Shown here piece after piece: positions 40,408 through 48,059 of a stretch of DNA of 64,000 bases (positions within the stretch are counted from its first letter, which is position 1; each line of letters begins with the position of its first letter). A program made the position numbers and the translations under genes. Under the pieces are notes generated by a model. It ran no database searches. It saw only the letters and a list, made by a program, of their open reading frames with translations, and was not told where the DNA came from. This DNA is from a virus, in the IMG/VR virus record IMGVR_UViG_3300023184_000093, positions 9,000-72,999 of that record, one strand, 5' to 3'.

Positions 40408-40475
40408 TGCTGATGCTCCTTCAAAGCGTTAGAGTAGTTGGATATTTCCAGTATCGCGAACTACAACTTTATTTA
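40397..40475. promoter_or_regulatory. Conserved double-hairpin leader/antisense element of the HNH gene (copy 1)
   Basis: 40428-40465 matches 54908-54945 at 36/38 nt. TAAATA occurs on + at 40397-40402 and on - at 40470-40475. Confidence 0.75.
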
Positions 40476-40485
40476 GTTAAATACT

Positions 40486-40578
40486 ATGAATGAAACTACA
40501 AACAATCCAAATGAATATCCAGTCTATCCAGAAGATGATGGCACAGATCGTCCAAGAAATCCTTACAGCCCTGTATGA
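40486..40578 (+). CDS. Small acidic/Pro-rich peptide (30 aa, MNETTNNPNEYPVYPEDDGTDRPRNPYSPV)
   Basis: Read manually; the ATG is 2 nt after TAAATA at 40478-40483; below the ORF-track cutoff. Confidence 0.4.
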   Translation: MNETTNNPNEYPVYPEDDGTDRPRNPYSPV

Positions 40579-40722
40579 AGCACTAGCAAGAGTAGGATGC
40601 GGATTAGCAGGACTCCCTTACCCACCTTAGGGCACGTTAGTCGTCACGGTTATAGGCGTCCGCGCAATTGAACTTCCAGGCGTACTTGGAGCCAGATAAA
40701 GTAACTGGCACTAAATAATACT

Positions 40723-41127
40723 ATGAAGATTACTGAGTTACTAGTTGAAGGTAGAGAATCTCGAGCAACATTTGTTGACATGTTCAAGAAGTTTCTTCCC
40801 TTGGCTATGGAAATATTAGAAATAGATAGACTACCTAAAATGAACTTTGAATCTGAAATAGATTCAGGTGGCCAGCCAAGTTTTGGTATGTATGTCAATG
40901 ATGAAAAAACCCTACATGTTGCTATTCTAAATCGTCATCCAGTAGATATTTTACGTACAGTAGCACATGAATTAGTTCATTTTAGACAAGATATGCGTAA
41001 TGAACTTAATGATAATAGTGGTGAGACAGGATCACCTGAAGAAAATCAAGCACACGAGATTGCCGGTGTTATTATGCGTCACTTCAATAAACAACATCCG
41101 CAATTCTTACGTAGCCAGCCAATCTAA
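40723..41127 (+). CDS. HExxH zincin-like metallopeptidase-domain protein
   Basis: 'LRTVAHELVH...E..A' motif; MKITELLVE N-terminus; TAAATA at 40712. Confidence 0.7.
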   Translation: MKITELLVEGRESRATFVDMFKKFLPLAMEILEIDRLPKMNFESEIDSGGQPSFGMYVNDEKTLHVAILNRHPVDILRTVAHELVHFRQDMRNELNDNSGETGSPEENQAHEIAGVIMRHFNKQHPQFLRSQPI

Positions 41128-41135
41128 ACGGTCGT

Positions 41136-41163
41136 AAAAAAGCCCCGATCTAATGCCGGGGCT
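41136..41163 (-). terminator. Intrinsic terminator of the minus-strand small-gene operon (possibly bidirectional)
   Basis: On the - strand, the stem AGCCCCG/CGGGGCT is followed by TTTTT; it lies between convergent genes. Confidence 0.75.
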
Positions 41164-41194
41164 TCTGGACTACGTCCTATATATTTTTATTATA

Positions 41195-41470
41195 TTATTT
41201 TTTAGATGCAGTAGTACTACTAGCATTAACAAATGAATACATTTTTTCTGCTGTCTCTAGAACTTTATCTAGTCCTGGAAAAGTTGGCATTGCCACTGTA
41301 CTAACGATTTGACCAGTCTTCTCGTCACGAGTAGCAGTCATTTCCCATCCTTGGAATTTAGCATGGAAATCGTCTTGTACTAGACTTTTAGCCATTCCGA
41401 GAATGTCTGTACGGATTTCGTAACCGTTCTTGTTGAATTTTACTTCAGGTGCTTTAATTGTGTTTGACAT
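41195..41470 (-). CDS. Conserved hypothetical phage protein
   Basis: 91 aa with AAGGAG RBS; 'NKNGYEIRTDIL.MAK...AEKMYSFV'. Confidence 0.75.
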   Translation of the reverse strand: MSNTIKAPEVKFNKNGYEIRTDILGMAKSLVQDDFHAKFQGWEMTATRDEKTGQIVSTVAMPTFPGLDKVLETAEKMYSFVNASSTTASKK

Positions 41471-41495
41471 AATTTTCTCCTTGTGTGTGTATGTC

Positions 41496-41777
41496 TTAGG
41501 CAGTAGCCCTCTTGCTACGTGTAGCCTTAGCCTCGGCTACTTCTTCATTCTTAGGAAACAACTTGTCAGAGATTGAATCCATGGAATATTTTGCGAGTTC
41601 AGTAAAGTTGTGTGCCAACATTTTAGCAAACTGTGTCTGAGCATCGATGTATTCGTGTGCTGCCTTGTTCAGTGTGGGATCAGTAATGATCTTGTCTGTT
41701 AGGCCTCGCTTGGTTTCTTGGAACGCTTCGATATGTGCGTCAAGTGTTAGATATGGTGCGAACATTTTATTAAACAT
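41496..41777 (-). CDS. Helical protein, tentatively phasin-like
   Basis: 93 aa with AAGGA RBS; amphipathic helices and an Ala/Lys-rich tail. The family call is inference. Confidence 0.55.
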   Translation of the reverse strand: MFNKMFAPYLTLDAHIEAFQETKRGLTDKIITDPTLNKAAHEYIDAQTQFAKMLAHNFTELAKYSMDSISDKLFPKNEEVAEAKATRSKRATA

Positions 41778-41826
41778 TTTTATTTCCTTGTGTATGTGTC
41801 TAGCAGTAATTGTACTGCATTGTTAT

Positions 41827-41919
41827 TTATATTACAATTGTTATGAGTGTTTTAGTTTTAAAACGCTCAGGATAATTTAACCGTTCCCACTCCTCATCGG
41901 AGACAGGCCACCAGTACAT
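41827..41919 (-). CDS. Small protein (30 aa, MYWWPVSDEEWERLNYPERFKTKTLITIVI)
   Basis: Read manually; the ATG overlaps the upstream gene's stop (TAATG coupling). Confidence 0.5.
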   Translation of the reverse strand: MYWWPVSDEEWERLNYPERFKTKTLITIVI

Positions 41920-42053
41920 TAGATCCAGCCCTTAAATTCTTCCATCATAATACGCTTGGCACCGGCATGATCACCACGCTGTGCTAGATGTGTAGCAGCA
42001 CGGGCCTTGCCCATGTCACCTAAAAAGTTATAGATTGATTTTATGATTTTCAT
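41919..42053 (-). CDS. Small protein (44 aa, MKIIKSIYNFLGDMGKARAATHLAQRGDHAGAKRIMMEEFKGWI)
   Basis: Read manually; starts 2 nt after the upstream stop and has an AGGA RBS. Confidence 0.6.
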   Translation of the reverse strand: MKIIKSIYNFLGDMGKARAATHLAQRGDHAGAKRIMMEEFKGWI

Positions 42054-42055
42054 GA

Positions 42056-42229
42056 TTACCAGTTCCTTCCTGCTTGTTGCATGTCAAATTGACGAGTAAG
42101 ACGATCCACATCACATGCATTTTGTGGTGCATGACACATAATGTATGCTTCTAATGCTGATCCGTAAGTTTGTGGCTTATTAAAATTCTGAAACATCTTG
42201 TGGAAGTATTCAGCTAGTTGGGTTAACAT
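42056..42229 (-). CDS. Small protein (57 aa), DUF3563-like
   Basis: Read manually: MLTQLAEYFHKMFQNFNKPQTYGSALEAYIMCHAPQNACDVDRLTRQFDMQQAGRNW, with a strong AGGAG RBS. The 'LEAYI....DVDRL.R.FD' pattern recalls DUF3563. Confidence 0.6.
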   Translation of the reverse strand: MLTQLAEYFHKMFQNFNKPQTYGSALEAYIMCHAPQNACDVDRLTRQFDMQQAGRNW

Positions 42230-42380
42230 ATTTTTCTCCTGTTGTTAAAATATTGTAGCGACTCAGTAGTTCTACTAATATACTTATCTATTTTATGCTG
42301 CAACCGCACAATTTACAAGTCTTTATTTTTCCAAACATCTATGTTACAATCTACTAAATATCAATAACAAGGATAACATC

Positions 42381-42680
42381 TTGAAAAAAGCAACTCGTAG
42401 TCTATTAGAAGAACTTAATTCCATATCGGAAAAGAAAAACAGTGAAGCCATAATTGAAGCTAGGGCTACACATGTTATTGACAGTGCAATCAATCTATTA
42501 GCACTTATTAAGGAAAACTTCTCCACAGAAGATGCTTATGAATTAGAACGTAGACTAATTAATAGCATTAAAGGCGGTGATCCTGCCAAATTTACCCGTA
42601 GTATACGTAGGTTAAGAGATAACAAAGAAACCGCTAAACATTTAATTGTTATAGAAGGTGATGTTAAAAACGACGATTAA
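42381..42680 (+). CDS. Conserved hypothetical phage protein
   Basis: TTG start with AAGGA RBS; TAAATA at 42355. Confidence 0.7.
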   Translation: MKKATRSLLEELNSISEKKNSEAIIEARATHVIDSAINLLALIKENFSTEDAYELERRLINSIKGGDPAKFTRSIRRLRDNKETAKHLIVIEGDVKNDD

Positions 42681-42770
42681 TAAACCATTTGGTTAATTTT
42701 TTTCTAATTGAGATAAATAAAAACATAAAGAGTTCCATGGGGGAGCTCAAACAAATTAGGAGATTTTAAA

Positions 42771-43172
42771 ATGGCAACAATTAATAGAGTTCACGGCCAA
42801 ACTAGTGCCGGAGCATTTTTTGGTTATACACCAATGGCAGTTAGAGTTAATTACTCTGGTAAATTTACAGCTGATAGCGTTAACGGTACAACAGGCGCAA
42901 TTACAGACGGTGGTTATACAATTGCACGTAGAGTAATTCAAACATTTGGTAGCATTGTATGGTTAGGTGCTCGTACTGATGACGACTACATTTTTGTAAT
43001 CGTTGATCAACCAACTTTCAACACAGGTGATGGTACTGGTGGTCAAGGTGCAACAACTGGCTTTGGTGCTTTAAAAACAGCATTGCAAGCAGCATTAGGC
43101 GGAACTACTTCCTCATACACAACTGTATCTGGAACATCTATCACCAATCAAGGTGCATTCACATTAGCTTAA
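42771..43172 (+). CDS. Putative abundant virion (head decoration-like) protein
   Basis: Has its own TAAATA (42714), AGGAG RBS and terminator; small and Gly/Thr/Ala-rich. Confidence 0.6.
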   Translation: MATINRVHGQTSAGAFFGYTPMAVRVNYSGKFTADSVNGTTGAITDGGYTIARRVIQTFGSIVWLGARTDDDYIFVIVDQPTFNTGDGTGGQGATTGFGALKTALQAALGGTTSSYTTVSGTSITNQGAFTLA

Positions 43173-43191
43173 TATCTAATTAAGTGAGAAG

Positions 43192-43220
43192 AAAGGGAGT
43201 TTCGAACTCCCTTTTTCTTT
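43192..43220 (+). terminator. Intrinsic terminator
   Basis: AAAGGGAGTT-TCG-AACTCCCTTT followed by a T-tract. Confidence 0.85.
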
Positions 43221-43259
43221 GAGTAAATTTACTAAATATAAACATTGAGGAGATAGAAA

Positions 43260-43673
43260 ATGGTAGGAATAACAAAAACACATGAGACATTAGTTGCACC
43301 AGCGTATAAGAATGGTGTAACATTACAATTTGTAACTATCTCATTTCCAAATGTAGATTTAACAGCAAAATTAGGAAGAGTAAACGGTGTACAAAGCCCA
43401 GTGGTGCAAGCACTAGATGCTATTGCTCAACTAGCCAGTATTGAAATTATTGGTACTCCAAGATATGCTACTACTACAACATTGAGTATTGCTTGTGCAG
43501 CATTAGGTGGTGCATTTGGTACAGCAGACTATGATGGTGATCATGATGTTGAAACATTTTCGGTTGCTTGCCAACAAGCAATAGTTGCAATTGCTACTAG
43601 CACAGGATCGTTACAAGGGTATGATAATACTAATACTACAGTAGCAGCAGAAATACGCGGTGTTGCTCTTTAA
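43260..43673 (+). CDS. Putative abundant virion protein (possible distant paralog of 42771..43172)
   Basis: Has its own TAAATA (43233), GAGGAG RBS and terminator; similar size and a similar 'ITKTH/INRVH' start. Confidence 0.6.
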   Translation: MVGITKTHETLVAPAYKNGVTLQFVTISFPNVDLTAKLGRVNGVQSPVVQALDAIAQLASIEIIGTPRYATTTTLSIACAALGGAFGTADYDGDHDVETFSVACQQAIVAIATSTGSLQGYDNTNTTVAAEIRGVAL

Positions 43674-43689
43674 AATTAATTAAAGAATA

Positions 43690-43719
43690 AAGAAGGAAGT
43701 TTTTTAACTTCCTTTTTTT
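43690..43719 (+). terminator. Intrinsic terminator
   Basis: AAGGAAGTT-TTTT-AACTTCCTT followed by a T-tract. Confidence 0.8.
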
Positions 43720-43748
43720 ACGACATAAATATATTATATAGGTATATT

Positions 43749-44174
43749 ATGCAAACCATTGAAATAAAAACTTTAATAGATATAACAAACACCAATGTGT
43801 CTCGTCCCAACCAAGGCACACAACTTGAAATGGATCAACATAGAAACTTTACAACACTAAAACAATGTGCAGAACTTAGATCAATTATTTCTTATGATTT
43901 TTCACCTGAGCTGCAAGTAATAGATGTTAAAGATTTAGGATTTGGTTCTAAGTATAAAGGCAAACATGCTGTGTGGACTTTTAGATTTAGTCCTGATAGA
44001 TCAGGAGCCTATGCTAACGATGATAATGATATAGGATGTTTACTTGAAGATGTACATGGAGTTCCGGTTGTTGAAAAGTTAACTGAAACGATAAATATCG
44101 AGAAGGCCATTTTCGAACTAATAGATGCGTCTTCCAAGAATACAGTCATCAAGGCAATTAAAGGCACAATTTAG
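43749..44174 (+). CDS. Conserved hypothetical phage protein
   Basis: 141-aa ORF with TAAATA at 43726. Confidence 0.7.
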   Translation: MQTIEIKTLIDITNTNVSRPNQGTQLEMDQHRNFTTLKQCAELRSIISYDFSPELQVIDVKDLGFGSKYKGKHAVWTFRFSPDRSGAYANDDNDIGCLLEDVHGVPVVEKLTETINIEKAIFELIDASSKNTVIKAIKGTI

Positions 44175-44217
44175 GCAATAAGTTGGAAATTCGTAAACCC
44201 TAAAGGAGAGTCCAGAG

Positions 44218-44538
44218 ATGGCCCGTGAAGCACTTGCTACCGTTCCCGAACGTGTTAGCGTATTAGAAACAAAAGTAGATAATATTGAAGAAAAGATTGA
44301 TGATCTTAAAGTAGATGTCAAGGAAATGCACGATTGTCTTGATAAGACACGTGATAGTATTATGGAACAACTTTCTGTAATGCATAAGGCCAATGTCGAT
44401 CAACATAGTGATATGGCTGGTAAGATTAAAGCCCTTGAACAATTTAAAACAAAATGGGTTTATCTTAGTGCAGGAGCATTAGCAGCAGTAGGATGGATTA
44501 CAGGACATGCTGAAACATTACTAGGCATTTTAAAATAA
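44218..44538 (+). CDS. Coiled-coil protein with a C-terminal TM helix (XhlA/holin-like architecture)
   Basis: AAGGAG RBS; heptad repeats followed by hydrophobic 'WVYLSAGALAAVGWITG'. Confidence 0.55.
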   Translation: MAREALATVPERVSVLETKVDNIEEKIDDLKVDVKEMHDCLDKTRDSIMEQLSVMHKANVDQHSDMAGKIKALEQFKTKWVYLSAGALAAVGWITGHAETLLGILK

Positions 44539-44539
44539 T

Positions 44540-44902
44540 ATGCGTATATTGGAATTATTAGAAGCGGTACCAGTTGGGTCGAGTACACAACCAGCACCAG
44601 CACCTGGAACAACTCCGCCAGCCGCACCTGCACCTGGAACACCACCAGCTACACCAGCACCTGGAGTACCTCCTACAGCACCAGCAACTGGAGCACCTCC
44701 GCCAGCCGCACCTGCACCTGGAACACCACCAGCTGCACCAGCAACTGGAGCACCTCCTACAGCACCTGCACCTAATCCTGCACTACAGCAAGGTATGAAA
44801 GATACCATGACAGATCTTGACAAAATTGCAGCACAGATTGTAGCACTCAAACAACAACAACAGCAGATGCAGCAGCAAATGCAACAACCACCAAAAGTAT
44901 GA
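44540..44902 (+). CDS. Pro/Ala-repeat protein with a poly-Gln tail (possible internal head protein)
   Basis: MRILELLE start; PAPGTPPA repeats encoded by tandem DNA repeats at about 44590-44780. Confidence 0.65.
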   Translation: MRILELLEAVPVGSSTQPAPAPGTTPPAAPAPGTPPATPAPGVPPTAPATGAPPPAAPAPGTPPAAPATGAPPTAPAPNPALQQGMKDTMTDLDKIAAQIVALKQQQQQMQQQMQQPPKV

Positions 44903-45111
44903 AAATAGGTCAGTTATTATCAGGGATGCACATTGTTCTCACCAATGAAGAACAATCTTTTGTCCATAGACATAAAGATAATGTATCTATTACCAGTTTG
45001 GATGAGCACGATTTATGGCTTGCTCAAAACCTTGTCCGCAAGGGAATTTACTCGATAAGTAAAGATAACCGAACAATGGTAAAAAAATTAGATGAAACAA
45101 CAACTACCTAA
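44899..45111 (+). CDS. Hypothetical phage protein
   Basis: ATGA overlap with the upstream gene; 'LTNEEQ...AQNLVRKG'. Confidence 0.7.
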   Translation: MKIGQLLSGMHIVLTNEEQSFVHRHKDNVSITSLDEHDLWLAQNLVRKGIYSISKDNRTMVKKLDETTTT

Positions 45112-45565
45112 TGATGTTTATTCTGCAATAGAAAAACTCAGCAAAGACGCTAAATCAAAATTATTACAGCAAGGTGTAGTAGTGCCTATAAGAGGCAAAG
45201 ATGGTGTCATTAATGTAGGAAACTACGCAATTAAACGAAAAAAAGATGGGTTTTATTGCATTTTAGACTTTGAAAAAGAAGTAATTCTAGATAGAATTAA
45301 TCTTCCACAAACAGCAGCAGTAATAGCTAATAGACTAGCATTAGGCAAATATATTGATGATGTGGTTGTTGATGCTGATACAGGCTACGGATATTCATTG
45401 TTTAATGAAGAACTACATACTAAATTAGCTGACAAGAATATAAAAACTAAGATGATAGATCGTGCTGATGTTATGTATACTAAAGCTAAAATAGATAGGT
45501 ATAAGAAGGAACAACACCTGAAAACCGTAATGAGAAGTTTTAATAAACTTATGCAATTTAGCTAA
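45092..45565 (+). CDS. Hypothetical phage protein
   Basis: 157-aa ORF in the operon. Confidence 0.7.
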   Translation: MKQQLPNDVYSAIEKLSKDAKSKLLQQGVVVPIRGKDGVINVGNYAIKRKKDGFYCILDFEKEVILDRINLPQTAAVIANRLALGKYIDDVVVDADTGYGYSLFNEELHTKLADKNIKTKMIDRADVMYTKAKIDRYKKEQHLKTVMRSFNKLMQFS

Positions 45566-45595
45566 ATAATATTATCAATCTTTCCGGGATTAACT

Positions 45596-46954
45596 ATGAA
45601 AACAAGTGATTTTAACTCTCCGCTAACAAGTGCCAAACTAAACGAAAACATGAACAAGATGTTCGGTGTACGAGTTAAGTTGGAAAACTATTCAAGAGAA
45701 CAGCTAGAAGATATGCGTAACAAATTACGCACCCGCGTTTTCCAACAAGAGGGTTCAGCAGGCATTAATGATTTGCTAACCAACGAAACATATCAAAAAG
45801 ACAAGGCCATGTTGGACTTGCTAAACACAAGGATTAAAGAAATGCTAGGCGAAGACATCAAAAAACTACGTGACAAAATGGATCAATTAAGCGAAGCTAA
45901 AAAAGGATCCAAGGGTACAATGGCTAACAAAGACTACGACAACGACGGCAGAATTGAAACAGGTAAAGCTGAAGTCATGGGTAGCCGTATGAAGGCTGCT
46001 GCTAAGGCCGGCAAACCATTCAAGGAAGCACAGGGGGACGATGCAAAAGCTCGTGTTGCTCAACAGCAGGCAGATCGAGATGATCCAATGAGCCCTAACT
46101 TTAAAGATACCAACAAAAAACCTAGTAGTGTTCGCCGAGTCCAAGGTACAAGCTATGGTAATCAAGCTCAAGAGAAAGAGAAAGACAAAGAGCTTGAAGA
46201 AGGCAAATCATGTTCAAAAGGTCATACTAAAATGACCAAAGGATGTAAAGAGTGTGCTGGTATGTATGAAGCCAAGAAATCTAAGCCAGATACAAATAAC
46301 AACAACATCCCTGACTATGCTGAAGATGGTAAAGGGCCAAACGATACAAAGAAAAAAGGTGCAGCACCTAAGAAAGGTGTAAACCCTTTTGCTAAAAAGA
46401 AAGTTAAAGAAGCCTTTAATTCCTTTAAGCACAACGTTCAATTTGTTAATGAAAGTTTAGGCTATCTATTACAAGAAGATGAAGAAGGTAAGGCTAAGGC
46501 CATTACCGCAGCAGGTGATATGGTCAATGACTTTACCAGTTGGATGCAACGTGTTGGCCAATATCAAACTAAAACTATGATTGAATTAGCGGATGCTATC
46601 AAAGCAGACTTTGGAGCACAAGAAGCAGAAGCATTCAAAGCCACAGTTGGACCAGCATTGTCTGCTACACTTGAGACACTAACTCAACAACGTGAAGCAG
46701 TAAGTGCAGCAGTAGCAACATTGGCAGGCGAAGCTACACCTGACGCAGCAATGGGCATGGAACCAGAAATGCCTCCAGAGCCGGGTATGGATATCGGTGC
46801 TCCTGATGCAATGAATCCAGAACCAGCCGGTGATGAATTTGGTGGAGCGGATGCAGCAGCAGGTGCAGGAACAACCGGACGTGAAATGCGTGAAAGCAAG
46901 TTTGCTCGCAAATTGGCCGAATCACATAACATCATGGCTTCATTGGCAAAGTAA
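45596..46954 (+). CDS. Charged helical protein, possible prohead core/scaffold protein
   Basis: Lys/Glu-rich with repeated 'xxE-A/G' sites, DYDNDG-type motifs and an acidic Pro/Met tail; TAAATA at 45563. Confidence 0.55.
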   Translation: MKTSDFNSPLTSAKLNENMNKMFGVRVKLENYSREQLEDMRNKLRTRVFQQEGSAGINDLLTNETYQKDKAMLDLLNTRIKEMLGEDIKKLRDKMDQLSEAKKGSKGTMANKDYDNDGRIETGKAEVMGSRMKAAAKAGKPFKEAQGDDAKARVAQQQADRDDPMSPNFKDTNKKPSSVRRVQGTSYGNQAQEKEKDKELEEGKSCSKGHTKMTKGCKECAGMYEAKKSKPDTNNNNIPDYAEDGKGPNDTKKKGAAPKKGVNPFAKKKVKEAFNSFKHNVQFVNESLGYLLQEDEEGKAKAITAAGDMVNDFTSWMQRVGQYQTKTMIELADAIKADFGAQEAEAFKATVGPALSATLETLTQQREAVSAAVATLAGEATPDAAMGMEPEMPPEPGMDIGAPDAMNPEPAGDEFGGADAAAGAGTTGREMRESKFARKLAESHNIMASLAK

Positions 46955-47311
46955 ATGAAATTATTTGAAGTAGATCTTGGATCCGCAAGCGACATTCTGA
47001 GGATTCTACAAAGTAACGCTAACAAGCCAGGTTCTGCAGGAACAGGTCGGTCTTTGACTGTGCCTTTTACTGCAATGATTAATCTGTTAGATCGATTTGA
47101 TTTGGGTATTAGTACCATAGACGGTATACGTAAATGGGTCGAAACAGTTCCTGGCGCTAAAGCAGTTATTGACAGTGTGTTGGATGACGGATCTGTTATA
47201 GTTAAAACCGCAGCACAAAATCCCAATAAAGATAAAGCACAACAAGCAGGCGGTGCAAGTCCTGCAATTGATGCCATGGCATCTAAAAATGCCAAAACTA
47301 TAACCAAATAG
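46955..47311 (+). CDS. Hypothetical phage protein
   Basis: Abuts the upstream stop; MKLFEV start. Confidence 0.7.
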   Translation: MKLFEVDLGSASDILRILQSNANKPGSAGTGRSLTVPFTAMINLLDRFDLGISTIDGIRKWVETVPGAKAVIDSVLDDGSVIVKTAAQNPNKDKAQQAGGASPAIDAMASKNAKTITK

Positions 47312-47340
47312 TTGCTATACTGATTGTCAAGTGTTATAAT
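47312..47340 (+). promoter_or_regulatory. sigma70-type promoter
   Basis: TTGCTA-N17-TATAAT with an extended -10 TG, 9 nt upstream of the exonuclease ATG. Confidence 0.65.
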
Positions 47341-47349
47341 TAACACTAT

Positions 47350-48048
47350 ATGACAACAACTTACAATCCACCGCCTTTCGTTGAAAGATTTCAATATAAA
47401 AATTGTGTACAGATCAATGATCCAATAACTCGAAAAAGAGTATACCGAACTCCAGACGGAGAAAAACTACCTAGCGTAACTACTATCTTAGGTGCTACTA
47501 AAGATCAAACGCATCTTAATGCATGGCGAGATCGTATCGGACACGATAAAGCACAACAAATTACCACAGAGGCAGCAGGGGTTGGTACTGCAATGCATGC
47601 CAATTTGGAACGTTTCTTAATTGGAGAACAACGTCAACCAGGGAGCAATCCAGTGCATGTACAGGCTAACAAAATGGCCGACATCATTATTGAAAACGGT
47701 CTTAGTAAAATGAGTGAAGTTTGGGCTATGGAACAAAGTCTTTACTTTCCTGGATTGTACAGCGGTACTACTGACTTGATCGGTATACACGAAGGTGAGC
47801 CGGCAGTTTGCGATCACAAACAAACTAATAAGCCTAAAAAGCTAGAATGGGTCGATGACTACTACATACAATTGATGGCGTATATACTAGCACATAATGA
47901 AGTATATGGAACTAATATACGTAAAGGTGTTATATTCATGTGTAGTAGAGATTTACAATATCAACAATTTACACTAGAACCTAAAGACTTTAACAAATGG
48001 CAAGACGCTTGGTTGAATAAAGTTGAAGAATATTATAAAATAATTTAA
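47350..48048 (+). CDS. PD-(D/E)XK Cas4-like exonuclease
   Basis: Motifs 'LPSVTTIL', 'GTAMH..LE', 'E..LY..YSGTTD', 'DHKQT', 'QL.AY'. Confidence 0.85.
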   Translation: MTTTYNPPPFVERFQYKNCVQINDPITRKRVYRTPDGEKLPSVTTILGATKDQTHLNAWRDRIGHDKAQQITTEAAGVGTAMHANLERFLIGEQRQPGSNPVHVQANKMADIIIENGLSKMSEVWAMEQSLYFPGLYSGTTDLIGIHEGEPAVCDHKQTNKPKKLEWVDDYYIQLMAYILAHNEVYGTNIRKGVIFMCSRDLQYQQFTLEPKDFNKWQDAWLNKVEEYYKII

Positions 48049-48059
48049 AGGAAATAATA

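Noticed and set aside
40408-40465. Hammerhead ribozyme (CTGATG...GAA) or integron attC site
   Set aside because: The required CUGAnGA and GAAA cores are not intact in either copy, and the RYYYAAC/GTTRRRY boxes are not correctly placed.
46684-47394. 236-aa minus-strand ORF
   Set aside because: It is antisense to three well-supported + strand genes and has no recognisable motif.
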